DNA from: Pyrinomonadaceae bacterium
GTDB lineage: Bacteria > Acidobacteriota > Blastocatellia > Pyrinomonadales > Pyrinomonadaceae
Direction of reading: 5' to 3'
NCBI GenBank assembly: GCA_041487335.1
Contig: JBGPNE010000001.1
Coordinates: 1-39,983 of the forward strand
Length of the DNA stretch: 39,983 bases
Positions 1-8,533 of the stretch are shown here, piece after piece. Under the pieces are notes generated by a model. It made no database searches, was not told where the DNA came from, and saw only the letters and a list, made by a program, of their open reading frames with translations. The position numbers and the translations under genes were made by a program. Positions within the stretch are counted from its first letter, which is position 1, and every line of letters begins with the position of its first letter.

Positions 1-528
1 GATTAGAATGTTTTCGGGATGAATTCTAAGATGGAGAACCCCAAGTGCGTGTGCGTAGTCAAGCGCATCGGCGATCTGATGAACGATTCCTAATGCGAGT
101 CTCAGTTCAAGCCAACCCTGGCGGTCAAGCAAATTCCTTAGAGTCTCAACGTCCTCCCGGCGCTCAGCTGTTGAGAGGTGTATGCCTTGGATCTCCTCGG
201 GTGGGCCTGACCTAACAATGTTTCGATGCGATAGTTTTGCCGCCGCGAAGCCTTCGATTCGAAACAGTTCCAGTCGCCTTGAATCATCGTGCCCCCGGAA
301 AACCCTCAGCGATATTAGTCCGCCTCCTTCCGTAGCGCGCAGATCGCGTGCACGGTAGAAACCAACATCACCGCGCTCGCTTATCAGACTGAGCGAAGAG
401 AATCTGCTCGACAGAACTTCGCCAGGCTCGCAAGCGCTGCTCCCATTTGGCTTTGCTTTTGCGACGGCTGAAATTGCGAAAGGCTCCTTCGCACTTTGGG
501 CTGCTTTCTTGAGTTCAAACCCGCTCAT
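1..528 (-). CDS. Protein-kinase-like protein, 5' part only (176 codons; gene runs off the left edge); catalytic motifs degenerate
   Basis: Absent from the ORF track because the window edge truncates it. Hand translation of the minus strand from ATG 528..526 is open to position 1; an in-frame TAG lies upstream at 573..571 and AGGTAA sits 5 nt upstream of the ATG. Sequence: MSGFELKKAAQSAKEPF...SSLSLISERGDVGFYRARDLRATEGGGLISLRVF...AAKLSHRNIVR...LALGIVHQIADALDYAHALGVLHLRIHPENILI. Motif order and spacing match Hanks kinase subdomains I, II and VIb. However, the G-loop is ERGDVG, the VAIK lysine is R (SLRVF) and HRDLKPEN is HLRIHPEN. Confidence 0.7.
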   Translation of the reverse strand, partial: MSGFELKKAAQSAKEPFAISAVAKAKPNGSSACEPGEVLSSRFSSLSLISERGDVGFYRARDLRATEGGGLISLRVFRGHDDSRRLELFRIEGFAAAKLSHRNIVRSGPPEEIQGIHLSTAERREDVETLRNLLDRQGWLELRLALGIVHQIADALDYAHALGVLHLRIHPENILI

Positions 529-863
529 TTGCGTTACCTGCCGGTCGAACGAGATCGTGTCTGTAGCTTGCTAAGCGATGCTAATGCGTGGAAAGTTGCT
601 CCCTTGTGATTGACGCTGGCGGTCCACAAAGCGAAGGGGTCCGAGTCATGGCGGAATGTTGCTTTCATAATCCAGCACTACCGATTATGCAGTCCGACCC
701 TGATCTGCTCTTTTCTTATAGCCGCAATCGCCTTAAATCTACAAAAAGCATTGGAAGGCCGCAAAGGTCGCTGTCCGCGCTCGATGAATATTCGCCTATG
801 AGGCGCACCGGATTCAGTCGCTCTGAGGAGGGGATGTACGGCCACCCGCGCACGCGGCCGGGT

Positions 864-2864
864 TTAGGGCGAGCCTTGAACAGCTCGCTTCGCGGCCCTC
901 TCGACCGCTTCAAAATCAGCGCCGAGATCTCGGCCCTTTTTAGCAGCGTTCTTGTATGGGCTAGCGACCGCAAGTTGATAGTTGCCATTCGTTTTATCGA
1001 CGAAACCTACGTCGTCAATCGTGGCGGGGTAGTAATTCTTTCTGGGATATTTGGCGCTCTGGCCACCTACAATCGCATTTCTAATCAGTAGGTATGAAGG
1101 AAAGTACTGATCGAGCGTCATGATTCCGACGCTCGAACCATCACCGATGATTCCGTATTCATTGTGAGGAATAATATTGTAAGTGAATACAAAACCTTGA
1201 TTCGGTTCTCCATACGCAGTGATGATATTGCCGGTTTGAAAGGCGGTATTGTGATCCACCGTCACATCAACGGTTTCGGTGATTTGCAAAAACCTTCCAT
1301 TGGCTCCCCACTGGCTGCCCCCCACATCGTCGAAAATATTGCCTTTGATTTCCACTCTTTTTAGCTGTTCGCTCGCGTGAAGATTGTCACGTCCGAGTAA
1401 ATTGATGCCGGCGGCGGTGTGACGCACAAGATTGTTTGTAAAACTGACATCTTCGACTACAGACCACTTTGCATTGCCATCCTGATTGCGAACTGTAAAT
1501 AGAATGCCGAATCCGCTTTGAGCATCCACCCAGTTATTCTCAAAGACATTCCCATCAATTAGGACTCGCCGTGCATTTTTTAGCTCGAACAAATTCTTCA
1601 CGGACCATCGCTTGCCTGACTCAGGCGGCGCCTGGATCGGTTGTGCGCCGGCAATATCTCCAACATCGGTAAACGACGATCCATTTGAAGAATAGAAGAC
1701 CCATTTTCTCGTTGCAGCCGTTGGAGCGTCGCCTGTTCTGTAAATGCGGATTTCAGTTGCGTGGTCGATCGGGTCCCACGAAATGTTCGCGGAGGTTTGA
1801 TCTCCCGCCAGCGTTACGGCGATTTCGTCAGAGGCCGCAGAGTTAACGAGGCCGGAATACCCTGCGCGCCCCAGCGCGGCGATCCGATAGTTATATGTAG
1901 CCCCGGCGGCCAGGGCGCCCTGCGTAAATACTCCGCTAGCGGTTACTCGAATTGGTTTAGCTAAAATGCCTTCCATCCACGAAAGCGGTTTTGAGCAGTG
2001 ATTGTTTCTGAACTCGATGTCCGATGGCACGAGCTGGGGAATCGCCGGATCCGCACCGCCGAACAGGAGGTTCTCACCAGCAGCTTCGAGATAGTTGTTG
2101 ACGATTCTAAAAGGACCAGGGCCATTCCATCCGGCAATCGCCTGAGTGTCGAAGCCCAGGCCGTGACAATCGGATATATATGAATTGACAATGTCGGTTT
2201 TCGCGCTGTTTAGCGCAATGCCGCGAGAGACGTCGGCGGTTGCATGTCCATGAATGTAGCAACGATCAATAACCAGATCGTGGGGCAACAGGGAAGCATC
2301 CGCTTCCGTGCCCTCGCCGAACGTTACGATTCCATAGTTGAGCATCACGTCGGGGCCGATGGTGAACTCGATCCCTTCAAAACGATAATGGTGGGCGCAG
2401 GTTCGGGTCATCAGGGCAGGTTGAGAATTGGGACTTTCCAGTCTGGCCATCGCTGACACATCAGCTGGTGTGGCTCGTACGCCCTCTTGCAGCGCCTCGC
2501 CGACGGCTGAGGAGCGAATAGTAATCCAATCCGACAGGACGCCGGCTGTTGTCTTTTCGGGCAAGAAGAAATTTCCCCGCAGGACAACGCCAGCCTTCAA
2601 TGTGATTGTGTCACCAGGATTGGCAGCGATGAGAGACGCTTGAAACTCTTCGCTCGTCGCAACATCGGACGTCCGCAAGTACCTGCGGTGCGAGGCCGGG
2701 TGCGAGAATGGGTCTCCTATACGAGCAAGCACCGTAGAATAAGACAGCGGCTCGAGGACGAAAACAGCTAATACGACAGCCAGTGTGATCAATTTGCCGC
2801 GTTCGACATATCGTCTGCGAACGGTTCCCCCACGCAACGCCGATTTCGACATTGAAACACTCAT
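864..2864 (-). CDS. Secreted/anchored right-handed parallel beta-helix repeat protein, paralog 1 (carries a ~115-aa insertion)
   Basis: ORF 864..3059. Start trimmed to ATG 2864 (MSVSMSKSALRGG...), the first ATG after the upstream stop (TAG 2891..2893) and just before the single hydrophobic anchor LITLAVVLAVFVL. Beta-helix-type motifs: GDTITLKAGV, DRCYIHG, NSYISDCHGLGFDTQAIAGWNGPGPFRIVNNYLEAAGEN, PSDIEFRNNHCSKPLSW, WSVKNLFELKNARRVLIDGNVFENNW, NNLVRHTAAGIN, VDHNTA, PHNEYG. Clear paralog of 14873..16738 and 35551..38832. Confidence 0.85.
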   Translation of the reverse strand: MSVSMSKSALRGGTVRRRYVERGKLITLAVVLAVFVLEPLSYSTVLARIGDPFSHPASHRRYLRTSDVATSEEFQASLIAANPGDTITLKAGVVLRGNFFLPEKTTAGVLSDWITIRSSAVGEALQEGVRATPADVSAMARLESPNSQPALMTRTCAHHYRFEGIEFTIGPDVMLNYGIVTFGEGTEADASLLPHDLVIDRCYIHGHATADVSRGIALNSAKTDIVNSYISDCHGLGFDTQAIAGWNGPGPFRIVNNYLEAAGENLLFGGADPAIPQLVPSDIEFRNNHCSKPLSWMEGILAKPIRVTASGVFTQGALAAGATYNYRIAALGRAGYSGLVNSAASDEIAVTLAGDQTSANISWDPIDHATEIRIYRTGDAPTAATRKWVFYSSNGSSFTDVGDIAGAQPIQAPPESGKRWSVKNLFELKNARRVLIDGNVFENNWVDAQSGFGILFTVRNQDGNAKWSVVEDVSFTNNLVRHTAAGINLLGRDNLHASEQLKRVEIKGNIFDDVGGSQWGANGRFLQITETVDVTVDHNTAFQTGNIITAYGEPNQGFVFTYNIIPHNEYGIIGDGSSVGIMTLDQYFPSYLLIRNAIVGGQSAKYPRKNYYPATIDDVGFVDKTNGNYQLAVASPYKNAAKKGRDLGADFEAVERAAKRAVQGSP

Positions 2865-2890
2865 CGTGATAGTAGCGGCACTGTCGACGG

Positions 2891-4093
2891 CTAGCTGGCT
2901 GCTACGGCTATCTCCTCCCGGTAAGTTTGTTCCATCCCGGCGTTCATTATCGGACGCAGCCAGTAATCCCTGTACAATCCCGGATCTCCACCATGCCCTT
3001 CGACTGCTGCCATCACAATGTTGAACGCTTCTCGGGCGGTCGTAAAACGCATCGTGCATTGATCGTTTTGGTCCGCCATTTCAAGAAGCTCCCCCAGGAA
3101 ACGACGTATCGGTTCGCCGAGTAGCGTTTCTTGATCCGACGGAAAAAACCCGTGGCAATAGAGCTTGATGAACACCCATTCCGGTCTTCCTTTGACGCTT
3201 ATGTCAGCGCTGCGCCAACGGTCGAACCTTTCAACACTCGGGATGTAATTCGACGCCAGAGCGCCACCGTCAACCCGAGGGATCGGTAACCCACAAATAC
3301 GACGGCGCCAATCAAACACAAGTGGCCCGGTAAATAATATCGGCAAAACCGGCCTTTCTCCAATACATAGATCTTTGCCATTCGAATGCGGACTTCTCTC
3401 ATGTAGCGGGCGACTGCATTGGTAGATGGCGTTGATGTGACCTACCTGTGATTCGTCCGGCCACGACGGTAGCGTGAAGTCGGCATAACAACCGGTCTCG
3501 GCTAAGACCTCCATCTCTGAATCGACGCCGCAAAACCGCCCCCCGGCGGAGTTTGCCAACGCCAGATTGCCGTGGACGAACGCATACATTGGCGAGGGGT
3601 CATCCTTCCTGCGCGACAGCAATCGATGCTCTTCCGCGAGGATGTCTCGAAGATCTTGAAGCGTCTTCCTGAGATTCGCCTCGTTATCGGGCCTTTCTAC
3701 TCCGTGATGCAGATGCATTTCAACGTCGCCGAAGCCATCCATTTGTAACTCTGCCAACTTATCCAGCACGCGCGAGTGATACTGCTCGATGGGATAAAAG
3801 TAGGTGTGGCGAAATGCCTTGCCGTCGCAGTCGCGAAACGCGTCGCCAAGCGAGCGAGCCCGTTCACACCAGTTCTCGACTCGAGATAGCACCGTCTTCC
3901 AATCCAGCGTCAGCCCTCTCTCGTTCCATCCGGGTTCGAAGTGGTTGGCCACGACGAAGATGAAGTGTTTTGGACCGGTTACTTCAGTACTCCGACGGAC
4001 GGCCTCACGAAGTCGCCACATCGGATAGCGCGTAAGCCAGGGCAATGACCACCTCAGCTTCAAAATGAATCCCGGGCTATCTGTTTTTTTCAT
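2891..4093 (-). CDS. Hypothetical protein; possibly a metal-dependent carbohydrate esterase/deacetylase-like barrel (weak)
   Basis: 400-aa ORF with ATG at 4093, no signal peptide, packed in the operon. His/acidic motifs NHFEPGW, EMHLHHG, FVHGNLALAN and CHGFF recall polysaccharide-deacetylase/GH57-type (beta/alpha)7 barrels. I cannot assign a family by eye. Confidence 0.45.
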   Translation of the reverse strand: MKKTDSPGFILKLRWSLPWLTRYPMWRLREAVRRSTEVTGPKHFIFVVANHFEPGWNERGLTLDWKTVLSRVENWCERARSLGDAFRDCDGKAFRHTYFYPIEQYHSRVLDKLAELQMDGFGDVEMHLHHGVERPDNEANLRKTLQDLRDILAEEHRLLSRRKDDPSPMYAFVHGNLALANSAGGRFCGVDSEMEVLAETGCYADFTLPSWPDESQVGHINAIYQCSRPLHERSPHSNGKDLCIGERPVLPILFTGPLVFDWRRRICGLPIPRVDGGALASNYIPSVERFDRWRSADISVKGRPEWVFIKLYCHGFFPSDQETLLGEPIRRFLGELLEMADQNDQCTMRFTTAREAFNIVMAAVEGHGGDPGLYRDYWLRPIMNAGMEQTYREEIAVAAS

Positions 4094-4158
4094 ATTTTGA
4101 TAGTCCTTTCTACGAAATGACGGCGTAGATTAACGCTTTTGCTGAAGACGGCCGGCTA

Positions 4159-5361
4159 TTAGACTTCACCTATCGACAATTCGCGCTCGAATGCTGCTCG
4201 ATTTGCCGTTCGTTTACGCCCACGGCCTAACTCATAATAAAGCTTCAGCCATTCGTTCTTAACCTCGTCCCACTGGTACTTGTTGCACTCTTCTCGTGCT
4301 CTGCTCGTCATCGCCGCCCCAAGCGCTTCGTCCTCCAAAAGCCGCAACGCTAGATCAGCCATTGCCTCGTAGTCTCCGCAGCGCATCATTAATCCGGTGC
4401 TTTCGTCTTCCACGATGTACGGTATGCCCCCGGCATCAGTGGTCACCACAGGCAGCCCCGAAGCAAACGCCTCAATGACAGACCCGGGCATATTGTCAGT
4501 ATTGGGACTGTTGAGATAAACGTCGGCCGAGCTATAGAGCGCGTGCATTTCTTCGGGAGCAACACGACCTTTGAACTCCACGTTGCGAAGCTTTAGTTCG
4601 TGCGCCAGAGCCTCCAGCTCGCCGCGCTGGCTTCCATCGCCGGCGACAATCAAGCTCGCGCCGGGCGATCGCTGCTGAATGATCGCAAAGGCACGCAGCA
4701 CGCATTCGACGTTGTAGAGCGGTTCGAGATTCCGGTTTGACAAGAATATTGGCCGCAGCGGCCTTCGCTCCCGAAAAGAAAAACGATTCATATCCACGAA
4801 GTTGGAAATCGAGCGGCTCACAAGCTCAAACTGTGCGAAAACGTCGACCAGATAACCTGATGGTACTGCGATTTCATCGACCAGCCGAATCGTTGGGATC
4901 GCAGTTCGACGCCAGCGACGCAAGTGATCCGCTGCCTCGCCGCTGCGATAATTGAGCACGATCCTCTTGTTATAAAGTTTGGCAACGAGGATGGCTGGAG
5001 TTGGAGCAAGCACAAAGGAAAAATAGGAAGCAGAAAATACGTGTATGACATCGTACCGGGAAACTCGCGCGAGTAGTAATCCCCAATAGAGCAAAGAGGT
5101 CACGAATGTTCGAACGTACTTTATGTCCTGAAGCTTCCTCAGCGGACCCGGCAATTTCGGATTGACCGGCAAGAAGGACACCTCGATTGATGGTTCTTCA
5201 CGCAGCCTCGCGCGTAACCGAGCGGCTTGCACAGCTTGACCGCCAAGTATCTCAAGCGACGGTGCGACGATTAGCACTCGCAGGCGATTGGCGCCCTTCC
5301 CTGCTCTATCAGCGGCCAGGAATCTCTCCGCTTCGCCTTTATGGAAAGCTAATGAGCTCAT
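4159..5361 (-). CDS. Glycosyltransferase family 4 (GT-B, retaining type)
   Basis: 400-aa ORF with ATG at 5361, which overlaps the upstream stop as ATGA (5358..5361). N-terminal LRVLIVAPSLEILGGQAVQA. C-terminal EX7E region SVIEAFASGLPVVTTDAGGIPYIVEDESTGLMM. Confidence 0.9.
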   Translation of the reverse strand: MSSLAFHKGEAERFLAADRAGKGANRLRVLIVAPSLEILGGQAVQAARLRARLREEPSIEVSFLPVNPKLPGPLRKLQDIKYVRTFVTSLLYWGLLLARVSRYDVIHVFSASYFSFVLAPTPAILVAKLYNKRIVLNYRSGEAADHLRRWRRTAIPTIRLVDEIAVPSGYLVDVFAQFELVSRSISNFVDMNRFSFRERRPLRPIFLSNRNLEPLYNVECVLRAFAIIQQRSPGASLIVAGDGSQRGELEALAHELKLRNVEFKGRVAPEEMHALYSSADVYLNSPNTDNMPGSVIEAFASGLPVVTTDAGGIPYIVEDESTGLMMRCGDYEAMADLALRLLEDEALGAAMTSRAREECNKYQWDEVKNEWLKLYYELGRGRKRTANRAAFERELSIGEV

Positions 5362-6554
5362 TGTTGCGCCTCAATTGAAACTTGAACTCTATCCAAAACT
5401 TGCTGCGATATGGGACTCGTGCCCTCCAGCAGCCGATCATATAGGCCTTCAATTCTTTCAAGCTGCGCCTCACAAGAAAACTTCTCCTCGATGATTCTCC
5501 GGCCTCGCCTTCCCATAGCGCGTGCCGATGTGGGATCACGCAGCAAAGAAACTATCCGTTCTGCCATAGCTACATCATCATCTGACGGCACCAGATAGCC
5601 CGTCTGACCGTGAATGATTGCCTCGCGCGCCCCGCCCACGTCCGTTGCTACGACCGGGCGCGCCGCAGCCATGTATTCGAGGATCGAATTGGAAAATCCT
5701 TCCGCAGTCGACGAGAGCACGCATACATCGGACAAAGCGAGCAACTCGCCGATTCGGTCGCATCGTCCTATGAAACTCACTTTGTCTCCCAGCCCGAGCC
5801 CTTCAGCCATTGCGCGCAAAGATGTCATCAACTCGCCTTCTCCGGCAATGACAAACCTGGTCTGCGGCATCGCCTGACTTACCCGGTGCGCTGCGCGCAA
5901 GAACATCGAATGGTTTTTAACCTTGTGGCGGAGGTTGGCTACGATTGTCACCAACTGGCCATTGTTACCGCCGCGCAGATGTAACGCGGCAAGAGCATCA
6001 TCGCGTCGCATCGCCGAGCTTGAGCTGACGCGCCCGATGTCCAGACTGTTGTAAATTGTGACTGTCTTCTCCCGGCGTACGCCTTCGGCGAGCAGCTGGT
6101 CGCGAACCGCTTCGGCATTGGCAACAACCGTGTGGGCAAAACCGTACGCGCGTCGTTCTACCAGCCTCTGGACCGCAGTGCGCCAACCTTTGGTCTCGCG
6201 CCGAGATGCTATACGCCCGGGCACCCGTGCCAGCGCGGCGCCCGGCATTCCGAAAACGTTTGTGTAAAAATCGTGCGTGTGGACAACGACGATTTCGCGT
6301 TCCCGCAAGAAGCGCGCGAATCGGCGGAGCTGCTTGATGGCATTCCGATCGTAGAAGCTGGTCAGGGGAAACTCCGGAATTTCTCCAAAGCCCAGCCTCT
6401 CGACTTCATCGCGCAGCACACCGCTAGCGTCCAGACACGCGATGTGAACGCCATAACGCCCGTTCTCCTTGAGCAGGCGCGCAAGCTGCACTGCCTGGCG
6501 TTCGGAGCCGCCTTCATGAAAGCTGCCGATCAGTTGCAGAACATTTCGCTTCAT
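5358..6554 (-). CDS. Glycosyltransferase family 4
   Basis: 398-aa ORF with ATG at 6554. VLQLIGSFHEGGSERQ N-terminus and NSILEYMAAARPVVATDVGGAREAIIHGQTGYLV (EX7E-type motif). Confidence 0.9.
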   Translation of the reverse strand: MKRNVLQLIGSFHEGGSERQAVQLARLLKENGRYGVHIACLDASGVLRDEVERLGFGEIPEFPLTSFYDRNAIKQLRRFARFLREREIVVVHTHDFYTNVFGMPGAALARVPGRIASRRETKGWRTAVQRLVERRAYGFAHTVVANAEAVRDQLLAEGVRREKTVTIYNSLDIGRVSSSSAMRRDDALAALHLRGGNNGQLVTIVANLRHKVKNHSMFLRAAHRVSQAMPQTRFVIAGEGELMTSLRAMAEGLGLGDKVSFIGRCDRIGELLALSDVCVLSSTAEGFSNSILEYMAAARPVVATDVGGAREAIIHGQTGYLVPSDDDVAMAERIVSLLRDPTSARAMGRRGRRIIEEKFSCEAQLERIEGLYDRLLEGTSPISQQVLDRVQVSIEAQQ

Positions 6555-6564
6555 TGAACCGGTT

Positions 6565-8514
6565 TCACACTTCTTGAGCGGCTATTTCAGGGCCGCCTCT
6601 ATGACCTAAACCATTCGTTAACGTCAGCGCCATTCCTGCACCGCTTGCGCTCGCTCTGACAGTCTCGCCTCGCTCGCGCCTCAACCATTCCTCGAGCACG
6701 AACAGGTACCAGAGTTGATTCGGCGCGGACCCGCGCCGCTCAGCCGCTTCCAACTGTGCAATCGCAGCCGCGGAGTTTATCCATCCCTCTCTATCAAGCA
6801 ACGAATCGCCGAAGCTCTGCTTCACGCGCTCTCGCCAACGGTCGACGATCCAGCGTTGAACGGGTATTCCAAATCCGCGTTTGCGCCCAGACGCGACTCG
6901 GTCCCCGATTTTTCGTCTAGCAAGCTCGCGCAGTATCGCTTTCGAGCGACCTCCACGCAGGCGCAAACCAAACGGAAGCGAAGCGGCAAACTCCCAAAGC
7001 TTGTGATCTAGAAAAGGCGACCGCGCCTCCAGCGAGTGATGCATCGTAGCGCCGTCAACCTTTGTGAGGTACTCTCCGACAAACCGCATTCGCCGGTCAT
7101 ACTGCAAAAATTCCGTTAGCAGGTTTCGCGCTGATAGAGGCGACCAGGCCAAGGCGCGCTGGTCTATGCTGAGGTCACGGAGCCTCTCGCCAAGCATTCC
7201 GGTTCGCTGATACATCGGGAGTCCATCATGAACGGTCGTCACTCCACCAAGTCCCCCAGTAGCGAGGTCCATGAGAGTTGCGGCGCGGCGCAATGGTCCG
7301 ACCCGGGGAAAGCTGCCGCGAAGGCCTTGCCACCAGCCGCCTGCAAAATCGGGCAGAGCCCGCGCTAGTTTCTGCGCCATCCGAAAGTGACTATGCTCCG
7401 GATAACCCAGAAAGACATCGTCTCCTCCATCGCCGGTCAGCAGCACCTTGGCAGACGCTCGAACGGTGCGGGACACGCTGAGCATGCCGAGCGCGGACGC
7501 GCATGCGAATGGTTCGCCGTATGCAGAGGTGAGCTCACCAACGTCAGGGGCATCAGTCGCCGAAAGCGACAGCACTCGATGCCTCACGTTGAGTTTTTCT
7601 GCGGTCGCGCGCGCATCATTGCTCTCATCCCACGGGTCGCCGGGCGTTCCCACGGTGTAGGCGGTTAAATCAGCCCCAAGCTTTGCCACGGCCCAACAGA
7701 CCAGACTTGAATCAACGCCTCCGCTGAGCAACGCCCCGATCGGAACATCTGAACGCAATCGAATTTCTACGGCATTGAGGAATAGCCTCTCTGTTTCTTC
7801 AACCGCGTCATCGAAAGTCAATCTACATTCGTGATCAACATCCGGTGGCAACCAGTACTCTCGCGTCTTTATTGCGCCTTCGGACCATTCGACGACTGAT
7901 GCGGCCGGTACCTTAAACACATCGCGATAAATGGAGCGATCATCCGTCACAAACCCAAACTCGAGGTATTCCGCAACGGCCTTCTCATCGATATCGTCGA
8001 CGAACCCGCCAAGGCGCAATGCCCGCGCCGTCGAAGCGAACACTAAACAGCCGTCGCGCACGGCATAGACGAGCGGCTTCACACCCAGCCGATCACGAAC
8101 GAGGAAAAGCCGCCGCCGGCGGTCATCCCACAGCGCAAAGGCGAACATTCCTCTCACCTTTGACAGCAAGCCGTCCAGTCCCCATTCCTCATATCCATGA
8201 ATGAGCACTTCGGTGTCCGAGCTGCTGGTAAACCGGCGGCCGAGCCCAATCAACTCGCTTCGCAACTCGACGTAGTTGTAGACCTCCCCATTGAAAGTGA
8301 CACCAACTGATCTATCGGGCGACAACATAGGCTGGCGGCCAGTGTCGCTGAGATCGATGATTGCCAATCGCCTGTGGCCCAACACCGCTTCCGGCCACAC
8401 TTCGATCCCTTCGCCGTCAGGCCCCCGTCTTTCGAGCGAGCGCATCATTCGTATGACCGCGCTCCTCGCCTCATCGCGATCGGAAATCCCTGCTTGTCCT
8501 GCGATTCCGCACAT
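6565..8514 (-). CDS. asnB: Asparagine synthase (glutamine-hydrolysing) family amidotransferase, copy 1
   Basis: 649 aa. MCGIAG N-terminus (Cys2 nucleophile of Ntn glutaminase), HRRLAIIDLS, YNGEVYN-type FNGEVYNY, and PP-loop LLSGGVDSSLV. Confidence 0.9.
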   Translation of the reverse strand: MCGIAGQAGISDRDEARSAVIRMMRSLERRGPDGEGIEVWPEAVLGHRRLAIIDLSDTGRQPMLSPDRSVGVTFNGEVYNYVELRSELIGLGRRFTSSSDTEVLIHGYEEWGLDGLLSKVRGMFAFALWDDRRRRLFLVRDRLGVKPLVYAVRDGCLVFASTARALRLGGFVDDIDEKAVAEYLEFGFVTDDRSIYRDVFKVPAASVVEWSEGAIKTREYWLPPDVDHECRLTFDDAVEETERLFLNAVEIRLRSDVPIGALLSGGVDSSLVCWAVAKLGADLTAYTVGTPGDPWDESNDARATAEKLNVRHRVLSLSATDAPDVGELTSAYGEPFACASALGMLSVSRTVRASAKVLLTGDGGDDVFLGYPEHSHFRMAQKLARALPDFAGGWWQGLRGSFPRVGPLRRAATLMDLATGGLGGVTTVHDGLPMYQRTGMLGERLRDLSIDQRALAWSPLSARNLLTEFLQYDRRMRFVGEYLTKVDGATMHHSLEARSPFLDHKLWEFAASLPFGLRLRGGRSKAILRELARRKIGDRVASGRKRGFGIPVQRWIVDRWRERVKQSFGDSLLDREGWINSAAAIAQLEAAERRGSAPNQLWYLFVLEEWLRRERGETVRASASGAGMALTLTNGLGHRGGPEIAAQEV

Positions 8515-8533
8515 ATTGATCGTACCTTCGATC

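Noticed and set aside
793-805. Small hairpin CGCCU-CAU-AGGCG followed by AAUAUUCAU downstream of the last operon gene (stop at 864..866). It is a candidate operon terminator.
   Set aside because: It has only a 5-bp stem with a 3-nt loop and no real U-tract, which is too weak to call. No convincing intrinsic terminator is seen in 529..863.
588-1091. 167-aa plus-strand ORF spanning the intergenic region and the 3' end of the beta-helix gene.
   Set aside because: It overlaps 864..1091 of a well-supported minus-strand CDS. It has Arg/Ser/Leu/Gly-rich, shadow-ORF-like composition and no recognisable motif. It is most likely a chance ORF.
1998-2183. Plus-strand ORFs 1998..2183, 15788..15973 and 38026..38241 encode mutually similar about 61-71-aa peptides (e.g. 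...FEIVVD[DN]...R[TA]..PS...), which could look like a conserved small gene family.
   Set aside because: Each lies antisense to the same highly conserved block (GPGPF[KR]IVNN[YF]LE[AG]AGEN) of the three beta-helix paralogs. The similarity is a mirror image of sense-strand conservation, and the sense ORFs are 600-1100 aa long.
2865-3059. N-terminal extensions of tracked ORFs: 2865..3059, 9938..9985, 11350..11547, 19327..19395, 29308..29433, 29784..29999, 35096..35197, and the TTG-initiated codons at 32119..32124 and 33002..33067.
   Set aside because: Most extensions run into or over the 3' end of the upstream gene (the 32119..32124, 33002..33067 and 35096..35197 ones extend only into the upstream spacer), and all have non-protein-like composition. 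An internal ATG sits immediately after the upstream stop or in an ATGA overlap and precedes the recognisable signal peptide or first domain motif. Exact starts remain predictions.
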